From NCBI GenBank assembly GCA_017503005.1, contig JAFVTW010000007.1:73798-137797 (forward strand): a stretch of DNA of 64,000 nucleotides. Direction: 5' to 3'. Shown here piece after piece: positions 50,369 through 61,082 of the stretch (position 1 is the stretch's first letter; every line of letters starts with the position of its first letter). The translations under genes and the position numbers were made by a program. Origin of the DNA: Clostridia bacterium (GTDB lineage Bacteria > Bacillota > Clostridia > Christensenellales > UBA1242). The notes under the pieces are model-generated. The model saw only the letters and a list, made by a program, of their open reading frames with translations, searched no databases and was not told where the DNA came from.

Positions 50369-53300
50369 CTATACAATTTCTACAAAATTTGCATTCTCAA
50401 ATAAATACAATTTTGAGCTAATTACTTTTACTTTTAAGCCGTTTTCTACTGCTTGTTTATACACTTCTAATTGCAAGCTATATGCATTGATAAGTTTTGC
50501 AATATCTTTGGTTTTGTTTGTCTTGAAATCTATCAATATAGCTTCGTTTCCATTCAACAAAATCAAGTCAACCACACCTTGAATAAGTATTTCTTGATTG
50601 TTGTCACTAGTTTCCACAATATTGTTGTATTCGGTTTTAAATAAAAACTGTTGTTCCTTTAGAATTTTGGTGTCTGGGGTCAAAAGTTTTTTGACTGCAC
50701 AAACTGCCTTGTAAATTTTCTCTACAGATATGTACCCTTTTACTTCGCTATCTATCTCTCCAGAATTTACCAAATTATCAAATACTGTCTGTATCTCTTT
50801 TTCGGATTCGGTATAATTCAAATTTTGCATAACAGCATGATATGCAGTTCCTATTCTCAAAGGTAAATCATTTTGAGCACTATCTACACACCCCACTGTA
50901 AGGCCTAATTCATTCACATTGACATAGTCGCTATCTCGCATAAGTCCTGACACACTATTTTTTGTAGCAATCATTTCCTTTTGCTTTGGTTCGACAGCTT
51001 TAAAATTTAACAACATCTTAGAAGTAACATCGTTTTGTACAGTATTTATTAAAACCTGATTTTTTACTTCTTCGCTCTCAAGCAATACATCGGTCACATT
51101 TCTTAATTGAACATTTGCAAGTTTTGTATCAATACCATCAACTTTTGCAGTTATATCAAAATTATCGTTCAACACAGACAATGCACCTACTGCACTTTGC
51201 GGCAAACATTTAAAAATCAACTCCAAAAAGTTTTTAGATGCAAAAATATTTTTTTGATAATTTGCCTTAAATGTAGAAAAATCATAACAACCAGTTAGAT
51301 ACAAGAAATTCCTTGCTCTAGTTTGGGCTACATACAACAATCTAATTTGCTCTTCTTGTTCTTGATTCTTTGCAAACAAAGTATTTGCCGTTTTAAAAAT
51401 TGTAGAAACTTCTTTCCTTGTCTCAATATTTCTGTAATTTATTCCCACACCAAATTTATTTGTAAGCACAACCTTTTCTCTATACACCTGATTATTAAAT
51501 TGCTTGCCAAGATTGCTTAAAATAACACACGGATATTCCAACCCTTTTGATTTGTGCATTGTAATAATTTTTACAGAGTTTTCACCAGACTCTACATTAA
51601 TCAAAAAGTCTTCTTTGTCTTTTAGAGAATCCAAAAACTCTAAGCATTTTGAAATGTTGTATTCAAAACCGACATTATCAAGTAGTCCTATAAATTGCTT
51701 GATGTTTTCAACTTTTTCGTATCCATTCGGTAGACTCAAATAATGATTGTATAGATCGTATTTTACAACAACTTCATTCATTGACTCTGCCAAAGTTAGG
51801 TAATTTATGTAATAACGAAATTCATCTAGCATTTGTGTATATTTATTTAGTTTGTCAATAATTATAGTGTTTTTGCCAGAAAGTATATAGTTATTAAAAC
51901 AATCATAGAATGAACCTGCATTTGTTGTCATTCTCATTTCTACAAGTTCGTCATATGTAACACCAACAATAGGGCTAAGTAAAACTGTACAAATATCAAT
52001 ATCACTACTAGAATTTGAAACTAATTTAAGTAAGCTATGTAAAATCTTCACTTCGCTAGTATCAAATAAATTAGTCTTGATTTGAGTACTTACAGGAATA
52101 TTGTGAGCCTTTAATGTTTTGTATAAAGTATTTACATATCCTCTAGCATCTCTTACTAGTATAGCAATATCTTTATAATTAATTTTCATCGTTTGTTTTA
52201 CTGCATCGTTGTAATACTCTTTACCATAAACTTCCGCAATAATTTCTGCAACTTGCTGAGCTTCTGCTTCATTGTTTTCTAGTGGCTCATCATCTTCAGC
52301 ATCAGCATCTGTATCACCATTTTTTTGTTTTGTTTTGAAATTCAATAATCTCAAATTAACTTCACCACTATTTCCACTACCACACACAAGCTGTGCATCT
52401 TTTTGATAATTGATACCGATAGTGTCTTCTGTAATAAGTGTATCAAAGCACATATTTACAAAATCAACAACCATCTTGGTGCATCTATAATTTGTATTTA
52501 ACGGAATAAGCGAATGATCGTTTTTATTTATATTCGCATTATATTTAGCTAAGAATATTTCTGGCATACATTGACGGAAAGCATATATACTTTGTTTGAT
52601 ATCGCCTATCATATTTAGATTGCTTCCATCACTAATCAACAACAATATATCTTCTTGAATTTGGTTAATGTCCTGATATTCGTCTACAAACACATATGTA
52701 TAATTAGACCTTACTTCTTCTTTGATAGTATCATTTTGCAAAATCTTAAATGCATACTTTTGCAAATCTGCAAAGTCAAGTTTACCTAATGCCATTTTTA
52801 GACTGGTAAATTCTTTTTCGACTGCCAAAGCCAACTCAAAAAATTTAGACATATATCTATTTAATTTTTGTGTAACATCATCAAATTCTTCTACAGAATA
52901 ATTTGGTATTTTGTCTTTAAATCTTTTTAGAGTATCCTTAAATAATTTCACTTCACTAGATAATTGTTCGTGAATATCTAAGTACTCTTTATTTTTTGGT
53001 TTGTACAATGTAGGATAATCCAATTCGTGTACAAACCTTACAAATTCAGTAAAGTTTGATGCAATCTTTACACCCTGCAATGCTGCTATCATTTTTTCGA
53101 AATATGGATTTAATTTTTCATCATCTACAGTTAATTGAATCTCTGCTAGTCTATCTACAAATTTAGAAACAACACCCATATATTGCTTTAGTAGATACTT
53201 TGCACATATGTTGTCGTTTACACTATTAGCCAAACACTCGCCTAAGCAATATTCTATATATTTGTGTGGTTCACTTTTTTCACTAAGATACCCGAAAAGT

Positions 53301-53845
53301 TTAGATATAATTTCTTTTATTTTTGTATTATTTCTTTTATCGTTGAAACATTCATACAATTCATAGTACTCTTCGTCACCAGCTTCTACACAGTCTTGCA
53401 AAACCTTGTTTAATGCTTGGTTAAACAAGTTGTTTACTTCTTCGTTACTCAAAATCGAAAAAGATGGTTCTATATTTGCTTCATAGAAGTACTTCGATAC
53501 AATTTTTTTGCAAACAGAGTGTAGAGTTCCTATATCTGCAGTAGAAATTTTAAATAGTTGCTCATAAAAATACTCCAAATCTTCATTAGCAAAAGGTCCA
53601 TATTCACTTTTTTCATTTCTAAGCTCATCTTGTAGCTTAAAATACAACTTTTGTTTCATTTCACTTGCAGCAGCTTCGGTAAAAGTAACCACTAGCAAAT
53701 TTTCTACTGGTACTCTTTGTTGCAATATTATCTTTTTCAGTTTTTCAATCATTGTCGTAGTTTTTCCACTGCCTGCAGCAGCAGAAACCAACACATCGTG
53801 TCCAAATGTATTTACAAACAATAATTGGTCATTATTCAATGGCAT
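50369..53845 (-). CDS. addA: ATP-dependent helicase/nuclease subunit A (AddA/RexA, UvrD-family helicase + C-terminal nuclease)
   Basis: N-terminal VSAAAGSGKTTTMIEKL Walker A, FTEAAASEM, 1158 aa; downstream of addB with 14-nt overlap. Confidence 0.85.
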   Translation of the reverse strand: MPLNNDQLLFVNTFGHDVLVSAAAGSGKTTTMIEKLKKIILQQRVPVENLLVVTFTEAAASEMKQKLYFKLQDELRNEKSEYGPFANEDLEYFYEQLFKISTADIGTLHSVCKKIVSKYFYEANIEPSFSILSNEEVNNLFNQALNKVLQDCVEAGDEEYYELYECFNDKRNNTKIKEIISKLFGYLSEKSEPHKYIEYCLGECLANSVNDNICAKYLLKQYMGVVSKFVDRLAEIQLTVDDEKLNPYFEKMIAALQGVKIASNFTEFVRFVHELDYPTLYKPKNKEYLDIHEQLSSEVKLFKDTLKRFKDKIPNYSVEEFDDVTQKLNRYMSKFFELALAVEKEFTSLKMALGKLDFADLQKYAFKILQNDTIKEEVRSNYTYVFVDEYQDINQIQEDILLLISDGSNLNMIGDIKQSIYAFRQCMPEIFLAKYNANINKNDHSLIPLNTNYRCTKMVVDFVNMCFDTLITEDTIGINYQKDAQLVCGSGNSGEVNLRLLNFKTKQKNGDTDADAEDDEPLENNEAEAQQVAEIIAEVYGKEYYNDAVKQTMKINYKDIAILVRDARGYVNTLYKTLKAHNIPVSTQIKTNLFDTSEVKILHSLLKLVSNSSSDIDICTVLLSPIVGVTYDELVEMRMTTNAGSFYDCFNNYILSGKNTIIIDKLNKYTQMLDEFRYYINYLTLAESMNEVVVKYDLYNHYLSLPNGYEKVENIKQFIGLLDNVGFEYNISKCLEFLDSLKDKEDFLINVESGENSVKIITMHKSKGLEYPCVILSNLGKQFNNQVYREKVVLTNKFGVGINYRNIETRKEVSTIFKTANTLFAKNQEQEEQIRLLYVAQTRARNFLYLTGCYDFSTFKANYQKNIFASKNFLELIFKCLPQSAVGALSVLNDNFDITAKVDGIDTKLANVQLRNVTDVLLESEEVKNQVLINTVQNDVTSKMLLNFKAVEPKQKEMIATKNSVSGLMRDSDYVNVNELGLTVGCVDSAQNDLPLRIGTAYHAVMQNLNYTESEKEIQTVFDNLVNSGEIDSEVKGYISVEKIYKAVCAVKKLLTPDTKILKEQQFLFKTEYNNIVETSDNNQEILIQGVVDLILLNGNEAILIDFKTNKTKDIAKLINAYSLQLEVYKQAVENGLKVKVISSKLYLFENANFVEIV

Positions 53846-56800
53846 CTATATTTAATTCTCCCACTGTTTTTGTTTGCTTTACTTCCCTATAACTATTGCC
53901 AAACTCTTCAGTAAAATTACACATTGCCTTAAACTGACAATATTTACAAGATATTTTACTACCTATTTTTAATGGATTTGGTGCAATATATCCAGATTTT
54001 ATCTTTTCTACTGCATTTAATACCATTTTGATAGTATAATCCACTATTTTATCAAAATCTTCTTGGCTCAATAACAATTTGTTTTGAGCATTAATTCCGC
54101 CACCAACCTTAGTCTTTAGATTAACAACCTTACTAGAATAACCAGATTGAGCTAAATTTTTGTCAATTTTTACTATATCACCTATTTGTTGTGATACAGC
54201 CCCTTTCAATTTGTACAAATCGTCATTATCGTCTTTTGTATAAGAATTTTTAAGTGGCATATAGAACACACCTATAGGCCTTTTGTTTGTCTTTTGAGAA
54301 ACTATATACACATATACAATCAACTGTAATTTGTTTCCACTAGCAATATCTGTATAGTTTTTGAAATCACTTTCGCCACTCTTGTAGTCTATAACCACAA
54401 AGTTATCTTCATCAAAATCAACTCTGTCTATAACACCCTTTAATTCGATTTGAACCTTACCATTGTCCAAAGTGAATCCATCACAATTTCTCTCTAACCA
54501 CTCAGGTTTTAGACTTTCGGCATCTTGCAAAGAAAGTAATGCTGTATTTATTCTCAAAACTTCTTTCTTTAAGCTTTTTATTTCATTAGAGTTATTAGGA
54601 TTTAAAACCAAATATTTGTAGTCATCTTTGGCTAAAATACTGTCTAAGGTTTTATAAGAATATTCTTCTAACCCCTCATCTCTATGCTTTTGCATATAAG
54701 GCACAATAATTTTGGTATATTCGTGCAGTATATTACCTATAAGTCTAGCATTAAACTCTGCACTATCGCCCTCATCCAGTTTTAGTCCATATCTTACAAA
54801 ATGAGCAAATGGACAATTATAATACTTCTCTATCTCGCTTACACTAACCTTATTTGTCTGCAAAAACACAGATGGATTTGTAATATTTGGCACATTATTT
54901 ACAAAATCAAGATTTGCCACATACGAATCCACACTATTCCCATTAGCTAACAATGCAGAATAAATACTGTTTGTATTTTCTTTTACCACTACAGATTCAT
55001 CTTCCTGCTCAGTCTTTAGATTTTCGATAAAGTTTGTAGTAGCAAATGCTGGATTAATATTATTAAACAATAAATACTGATTAGTAAATTCGTTTTGGTA
55101 ACTATGTAATATCAAACTACCGTTCACAATTTTTAAGTTGTCAAACATTGTAGTCAAATTCATCATAACTTCGCTAGGCATTATTGCTTCGCCATTTTTG
55201 GTTACAGCAACATATGTTCCCACAATATTTGGATACATAAGCATAGTTTCGTATACTTTAAATTTGTTTCGCTTGTTCAAAACATTTACCGTAGGCGACA
55301 ACACATATTTAGAAGACATCAAACTAATATCTTGATCAGTAATCAATCCCAAATCATTTTGCACTATAGGCATTTTACCTTCTGCCATACCCAATATAAT
55401 GGCATATTGTTTCTTAGGCAAAGCACCCTTTAATATATCTGTCACAATCACACTTTCAGATAAAATAGGCGGCATAACTATGGTTATATTCTCAAAATAA
55501 GCCTTGATAATATCAAAAACTTCCAGATATTTGGTTTCGTAACCACCCAAAACTTGTTTTAGTTCTTCCAACCCTTTATTTATCTTGATAACTACATTGT
55601 TTAATTTATTGTGCTCTAATACATTATTTTGAGCACGATATTTCAAAATTAACGAAGTTAAATAGTTATTAAAGCCAAAATCCTCTGTAAATCTAATTAG
55701 TTCATCTATCACATCGAAAAGAGTTGCTTTGTTTTTAAGATTATCAGCAAATACAGATAATTTATTAAGTACATCATACACTGGTGCCAATGTATCAACA
55801 TACATATATTCTATAGGCTTCAACAACTTTTTGTAATTCAAGCCAGACTTTGCAACCATATTCTCATAACTATTTAACAAAGCAACATCTAGCCCACTAT
55901 AGTATTTCAAAAAGTTTAGTAGCTCTCTCTTATTGAAATTGCTAGCAACCACTTCAAACAAATCGGTATAAAATCTAAATACAATTGATTTAGATATAGC
56001 TTCGCTTTCATCAAAAAAATGTGGAACATTGTTTGTGATAAACATATTTTGAAGTTTTTGCTTATAATCCCCCATACTAGGTACAACTAATACAAAATCA
56101 TTGTAACTTAGTTTTTGTGCAACAATAAGATGTTGTAATTGTTTGATAGCAAACTCTATCTCATCATCAATATTGTTGAACTTATATAATGAAATGTGAT
56201 TAGCCGAAATGTTTTGTGGTTTAACTTGCATACCAAACAAATTATTACTAATAACATCAAATTCATCAATGTAAGTTTGTTTGCAATAAATCTTGTTAAA
56301 ATTAAAACCATTTATATTAGCAAGATTTAACAAATTCAAATACACATTGTTCAAATAAATATTTTTGTTATTTAATTCGTCTATGTAATTTACTGCTGTA
56401 GCCACATTTACACTAGCAGACACTTTGACCAAACTAGATATGATGTTGTACATTTGAGGTGTAAAATCATCAAATCCTACAAAGTAAAAATGTGTATCAC
56501 TAAAATCCTCACTACAAATCAACTTAGCTAATAAATCCAACTTGTTGAAACTATCAGTATACTCATTTTGCAAAAATTCTTCATATTTTTGATAAACAAG
56601 TCTAATATCTTCTAATTTTAAATTTAAGTTTGTATTTTTTGTATTTGTATCAATTTTATCATAAGACACATTGCAACTTTTAAACATAGAAATAGTATCA
56701 AATAAAATAGAAGCAAAACCATTGAAGTTCAATGCTTTTTTTATTGTCTTAAATTCATCTTTGTTTTCATTAAGAATTTTTTTGATAATAGCTATAGCTA

Positions 56801-57053
56801 CTGGTTTAGTCAAAACTTTAAAGCTGTAATTATGTTTAGAAATTATCCTCTCAGCAAATCTAGTAAGTGTAGCAACATCAATATCAAAAAAACATTTCTC
56901 ATTCAACTCTTCAAAAAGTTTTTCCTCTATCTGCACATTCATTCTGTCCGGCGAAAAAACAACATGTCTAAATTTACCACGATTTTGTTTTAGAGTATTA
57001 AACATTTTTGACATACAGCCATTGACTGTTTTCGAATAAAAGATATTTAGCAA
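53832..57053 (-). CDS. addB: ATP-dependent helicase/nuclease subunit B (AddB/RexB) with C-terminal Fe-S nuclease domain
   Basis: 1073 aa; C-terminal CNFT...CPF...CKYCQFKAMC cysteine cluster characteristic of AddB; precedes addA. Confidence 0.8.
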   Translation of the reverse strand: MLNIFYSKTVNGCMSKMFNTLKQNRGKFRHVVFSPDRMNVQIEEKLFEELNEKCFFDIDVATLTRFAERIISKHNYSFKVLTKPVAIAIIKKILNENKDEFKTIKKALNFNGFASILFDTISMFKSCNVSYDKIDTNTKNTNLNLKLEDIRLVYQKYEEFLQNEYTDSFNKLDLLAKLICSEDFSDTHFYFVGFDDFTPQMYNIISSLVKVSASVNVATAVNYIDELNNKNIYLNNVYLNLLNLANINGFNFNKIYCKQTYIDEFDVISNNLFGMQVKPQNISANHISLYKFNNIDDEIEFAIKQLQHLIVAQKLSYNDFVLVVPSMGDYKQKLQNMFITNNVPHFFDESEAISKSIVFRFYTDLFEVVASNFNKRELLNFLKYYSGLDVALLNSYENMVAKSGLNYKKLLKPIEYMYVDTLAPVYDVLNKLSVFADNLKNKATLFDVIDELIRFTEDFGFNNYLTSLILKYRAQNNVLEHNKLNNVVIKINKGLEELKQVLGGYETKYLEVFDIIKAYFENITIVMPPILSESVIVTDILKGALPKKQYAIILGMAEGKMPIVQNDLGLITDQDISLMSSKYVLSPTVNVLNKRNKFKVYETMLMYPNIVGTYVAVTKNGEAIMPSEVMMNLTTMFDNLKIVNGSLILHSYQNEFTNQYLLFNNINPAFATTNFIENLKTEQEDESVVVKENTNSIYSALLANGNSVDSYVANLDFVNNVPNITNPSVFLQTNKVSVSEIEKYYNCPFAHFVRYGLKLDEGDSAEFNARLIGNILHEYTKIIVPYMQKHRDEGLEEYSYKTLDSILAKDDYKYLVLNPNNSNEIKSLKKEVLRINTALLSLQDAESLKPEWLERNCDGFTLDNGKVQIELKGVIDRVDFDEDNFVVIDYKSGESDFKNYTDIASGNKLQLIVYVYIVSQKTNKRPIGVFYMPLKNSYTKDDNDDLYKLKGAVSQQIGDIVKIDKNLAQSGYSSKVVNLKTKVGGGINAQNKLLLSQEDFDKIVDYTIKMVLNAVEKIKSGYIAPNPLKIGSKISCKYCQFKAMCNFTEEFGNSYREVKQTKTVGELNIDAIE

Positions 57054-57146
57054 TTTACTATACCTTAAAAAAATTTTTACACATTAATTATAGCAAATTA
57101 CAATATGAGTTACAAATAAGTTGGCAGTATAAAATTTAATAAAATT

Positions 57147-57425
57147 TTAAGTTTTAAGACTACTAGAATTTTTAAGTTTTATACTGTTTATGTTTAACAA
57201 ATTTTTGTAATATAAAATTTGTTTTTTGTACTTAAGTTCTGCAGTCTTTGTAGCATTAGTTTTTATAAGTCCCACAATGGCAGTAAACAAATAATTTATA
57301 TCTTCATCAGTCAACACAGCATTAGAATTTTTTAATTTGATTACATTGCTTTTCTCACAGCATCTATAGACCACACCCTTTAATTTGGTTTTACTTTCTC
57401 TTAAATAAATCTTACTTTTCAACAT
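57147..57425 (-). CDS. Hypothetical small basic protein (92 aa)
   Basis: ORF track; weak RBS AGGTG; same strand, immediately upstream of addB. Confidence 0.35.
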   Translation of the reverse strand: MLKSKIYLRESKTKLKGVVYRCCEKSNVIKLKNSNAVLTDEDINYLFTAIVGLIKTNATKTAELKYKKQILYYKNLLNINSIKLKNSSSLKT

Positions 57426-57553
57426 ATATTACACCTAAAGTTTTTGTAATAATTGTTTCACTTATACAGCATAGAATTTCAACAAAATTTGTATTAATTT
57501 GTCATTTTATAGCATACACATATTTAAACACTTTCCCACATATAAGGAGAATT

Positions 57554-58510
57554 ATGAAAAATTATTACATACACTTTTATTCACAACAACCTTGCAACTT
57601 GTTTGTTAATGGCGAACTTGTAGGACTTATTGACAATAACTATAATTTTTTTGTAGATATGGTAGTATATACACAGCAATTAATAATAACATGTGAACCA
57701 CTAAGCGATAACGACAACATATATATACCACTATCGTTTAAACTAAACTTTAATGATGTTGTATATACAGACAACAGCAATGTACAGATAATCCCATTTC
57801 CAAAATCAAATTACGATATTTGTATAAGTTTCAAAAAATCAAACACTACAAACAAACACACTATCGAAAATAAAAAAGTAGGAAATTATCAAATACTTGC
57901 CCTTACAGACAAATACACAACAATATCAATATTCGAAAACAATTCAAATTTGTATACAACTACAACCGAAAAGTTAGACAGCATAAATGCTGAAAAATAC
58001 AATGAATTATTGTTAGCATATTCAACCTGTAATTCTCTGCAATTTTTATTGATTTTTAACACAAAAACAAATGAAATCATCTTAAGTGATGTATTTAATA
58101 TTGTAGAAAAATCAAACAACAAAATCAAAGCACTAAAACAAAACAATCAAATACTAAAAACTGCAGAAGTTTTTGAATTAGACACAACATCATTGACAAT
58201 AAATAAATACAGTGTGTATTTAGATAATTACAAAAATATAAGCATAAAGAACCTAATACCTTTTGCATTCCTAGAAGCCATCAAACAAAAAGACTACAAC
58301 CTAGCCACAACATTTTTAGATACGGACACCCTAGCTGTAGACAATGAAAAATTAAAACAATATTTTGGCAAGATAAACTCTATACACTACAACTGTTACA
58401 ACCTAAACAACAACTATTCCAATTACACAATATTTAATCCTGAACCTAAAAATTTCAACTTCTATATACCAAATGACAAGATAATTGAGATAGAAGAAGT
58501 AGATATATAA
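57554..58510 (+). CDS. Hypothetical protein (318 aa, Asn/Tyr/Ile-rich, no recognisable motif)
   Basis: ORF track; RBS AAGGAGAA before ATG. Confidence 0.5.
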   Translation: MKNYYIHFYSQQPCNLFVNGELVGLIDNNYNFFVDMVVYTQQLIITCEPLSDNDNIYIPLSFKLNFNDVVYTDNSNVQIIPFPKSNYDICISFKKSNTTNKHTIENKKVGNYQILALTDKYTTISIFENNSNLYTTTTEKLDSINAEKYNELLLAYSTCNSLQFLLIFNTKTNEIILSDVFNIVEKSNNKIKALKQNNQILKTAEVFELDTTSLTINKYSVYLDNYKNISIKNLIPFAFLEAIKQKDYNLATTFLDTDTLAVDNEKLKQYFGKINSIHYNCYNLNNNYSNYTIFNPEPKNFNFYIPNDKIIEIEEVDI

Positions 58511-58617
58511 AATAATATTAATAATAATTAAAAATAAAATTGTTGTTTATTCTATTATTTTAAAGTATAATAAAAGAGTAGATTGTATCTATAATTAAAC
58601 AAAAGAGGGATTTAATT

Positions 58618-59346
58618 ATGACTACCGAAATAAAAATTATATTAATAGTAACTGGAATTCTTCTACTACTATTAACAATAGTTCTATCTAGTAGATCTAG
58701 AATTAGAAGAGTTTATAGAAGATATCTAAAGGTTGGCAATAGTGTAGGGCTAACTGGCAGCCAGTTTGCTAGTACAGCTATAGACCAGCTAGACCTAAAC
58801 ATCACATTGGGTGTAACTGATGGCGAATTAGCTGATGCTTACTCACCTAAACAAAACATGCTTATAATGAGCCGTCAAGTTTGTGATACTGCTAGTTTAG
58901 CTAGCCTTACAATCACTGCTCACGAATTAGGTCATGCTATGCAACAACAAAAAAATGATACAATGTTTGGACTTTCTCAAATCTGGAGAAGAATAAACAG
59001 ATTTACTAGCAAATTCTTTACACCATTACTAATAGCTAGTTTTATTGTATTATTTTTCAATATGTCTACTGCCTTAACACTACTTTGGATAGCTATTGGT
59101 GTATTTATTTTTAACTTTTTGGAAAAAATAATCACAATACCAGTAGAATACAATGCTAGTAAAAGAGCTTTGTGGTACTTAAAAGAATATCACTATGTAT
59201 CTAATACCGAACTACACAAAGCTAAAAAGCTATTAGGTATTGCAGCTCAAACATACATAGCTTCATTATTTGATGGTCTTATTATTTTTGGAAATAAACT
59301 TAATGCTTTATTTAGTAAAGGCGGCAAAAAGAAAAGGAGAAGATAA
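58618..59346 (+). CDS. Membrane zinc metallopeptidase, PF04298/COG2738-like (HEXXH)
   Basis: N-terminal TM, HELGHAMQ, further TMs and IPVEYNASKRAL motif; RBS AGAGGGA. Confidence 0.6.
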   Translation: MTTEIKIILIVTGILLLLLTIVLSSRSRIRRVYRRYLKVGNSVGLTGSQFASTAIDQLDLNITLGVTDGELADAYSPKQNMLIMSRQVCDTASLASLTITAHELGHAMQQQKNDTMFGLSQIWRRINRFTSKFFTPLLIASFIVLFFNMSTALTLLWIAIGVFIFNFLEKIITIPVEYNASKRALWYLKEYHYVSNTELHKAKKLLGIAAQTYIASLFDGLIIFGNKLNALFSKGGKKKRRR

Positions 59347-60068
59347 TGTACTGGGATTATTATATTATGGGCATAATACTACTACCTGCTATATTACTAG
59401 CAATATATGCCCAAAGCAAAGTTTCTACAACTTATGCTACATTTTCTAAAGTATTATCTCAAAAAGGTATCAAATCACAAGAAATTGCAAGATTATTGCT
59501 TGATTGTGCAGATTTAAATAATATTACTGTTACAAAAGTAAATGGTAAATTAACCGATTATTATGACCACAAAAATCAAGTATTAGCCTTAAGTTCTTCT
59601 ACCTATAATTCTGCAAGTGTAGCAGCACTAGGTGTAGCAGCTCACGAAGTAGGACATGCCCTACAATACAAGGACGGATACCTACCTATCAAGCTTCGCT
59701 CACTTATAATACCTATTACCAGAGTAAGTTCTACAATACTATGGCCTATGGTTGTAATAGGTTTGATGTTTAACTTCGCCGTATATCCTGGCACAACACT
59801 AGGAAATATATTCTTATGGATAGGCATAATATTCTTCGGTTTAGCTGTTGTTTTAGACTTAATCACACTACCAGTAGAATACAATGCAAGCAATCGTGCT
59901 TTGGCACTACTTTCTCAAACTGAAATCCTTACAGAAGAAGAAACAAGAGGAGCCAAAAAAGTACTTTCAGCTGCAGCACTAACCTATGTAGCTGCATTAC
60001 TAAACAGCATACTAAACTTACTAAGATTTATTTTAGTAATACTTATGAATTCAAAACGAGATGATTAA
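59346..60068 (+). CDS. Membrane zinc metallopeptidase, tandem paralog of preceding gene (HEVGHALQ; LPVEYNASNRAL)
   Basis: Same architecture and shared motifs; start overlaps previous stop (ATAATG). Confidence 0.6.
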   Translation: MYWDYYIMGIILLPAILLAIYAQSKVSTTYATFSKVLSQKGIKSQEIARLLLDCADLNNITVTKVNGKLTDYYDHKNQVLALSSSTYNSASVAALGVAAHEVGHALQYKDGYLPIKLRSLIIPITRVSSTILWPMVVIGLMFNFAVYPGTTLGNIFLWIGIIFFGLAVVLDLITLPVEYNASNRALALLSQTEILTEEETRGAKKVLSAAALTYVAALLNSILNLLRFILVILMNSKRDD

Positions 60069-60071
60069 AAT

Positions 60072-60103
60072 AAAAAACCAACACAAAATCGTGTTGGTTT
60101 TTT
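60072..60103. terminator. Bidirectional rho-independent terminator (A6-ccaacac-aaaatc-gtgttgg-T6)
   Basis: Perfect 7-bp inverted repeat 60078-60084/60091-60097 with flanking A/T runs, between convergent genes. Confidence 0.7.
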
Positions 60104-60127
60104 ATTATATTTAAAAGCAATCATATG

Positions 60128-60460
60128 TTAATCAATGCATTTGTGAATAGCTGTAGAACAATATGCACAATCATCACTTCTCTGGATAGTGATACCGTTA
60201 CTACAACAATCCCCATCTTCATTAAATAGGCAATTAGATGCACTACAACATATGTTCACATTTTTATTGTGTCTAAAAGAATGATATTCTGGTGCAATTT
60301 CAAACATTGTTTTGCTTACATTTTGTTTTTGCTCACTAGTTAAATTTTGATTCTGCTCAAAAGTATTGCAATCCAAATTGTGTCCTATATCTATTCCTCG
60401 TGCTTTACAACTAAATTTATCGTTATATACACAATCCAATTTTTTACATTTTAAATCCAT
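60128..60460 (-). CDS. DUF1540-family Cys-rich small protein (two Cys-rich repeats; family typical of endospore formers)
   Basis: 110 aa; KCKKLDCVYNDKFSCKA... and ICCSASNCLFNEDGDCCSNGITI repeat pattern. Confidence 0.5.
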   Translation of the reverse strand: MDLKCKKLDCVYNDKFSCKARGIDIGHNLDCNTFEQNQNLTSEQKQNVSKTMFEIAPEYHSFRHNKNVNICCSASNCLFNEDGDCCSNGITIQRSDDCAYCSTAIHKCID

Positions 60461-60589
60461 AAATTATTCCTATTTTACTATATTTTTTATATAGTATGGA
60501 TAAAATGAAGGTTTTTAAACACAATTAAATTGACAATTTAACATATTTACATTAAACTTTTTGTAGAAATAAAATAAAAGGAAGATACT

Positions 60590-61030
60590 ATGAAAGTTAT
60601 TTTATTAAAAGATGTAAAAGGTTCTGGCAAAAAGGGAGACATTGTAAATGTAGCTGATGGCTACGGTGCAAACTATCTAATCCCAAACAAATTAGCAAAA
60701 CCTGCAAATGCTACCAACCTAAACCTTGCAAATCAAGAAAAAGCAAGTGAGCAACACAAACAACAACTAATCTTAGATGCTGCAAAAGAATTAAAAGCTA
60801 AATTAGATGGTCAAGTTGTAGAGCTAAATATTAAATGTGGCGAAAACGGAAAAACATTTGGCAGTGTAACAAACAAAGAAGTTTCTGACAAGTTAAGCTC
60901 TATGGGATATGATGTAGACAAAAAGAAAATCGAATTCGCCCCTGTAAAAACTGTAGGTATGTTTGATGTAAAAATTAAACTACACCCACAAGTGACTGTA
61001 AATATTAAAGTAAATATACAACCACTATAA
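60590..61030 (+). CDS. rplI: 50S ribosomal protein L9
   Basis: [36 protein letters not shown] canonical L9. Confidence 0.9.
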   Translation: MKVILLKDVKGSGKKGDIVNVADGYGANYLIPNKLAKPANATNLNLANQEKASEQHKQQLILDAAKELKAKLDGQVVELNIKCGENGKTFGSVTNKEVSDKLSSMGYDVDKKKIEFAPVKTVGMFDVKIKLHPQVTVNIKVNIQPL

Positions 61031-61082
61031 TAAATTAGACCCAAAATGTAATGATGAATTTAATAAAATTTCAGATTTCTTC

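Noticed and set aside
53832-57053. AddB N-terminus lacks a clean Walker A motif — possible degenerate or non-functional subunit
   Set aside because: AddB/RexB N-terminal ATP-binding motifs are commonly degenerate or inactive in Firmicutes (RexB-type). The C-terminal Fe-S nuclease cysteine cluster is intact, so this is ordinary.
57147-58510. Divergent hypothetical gene pair (92 aa and 318 aa) after addB as a possible toxin-antitoxin or defence module
   Set aside because: Neither protein shows any recognisable toxin, antitoxin, nuclease or ATPase motif. The sizes and divergent orientation are unremarkable. Kept only as hypothetical CDS features.
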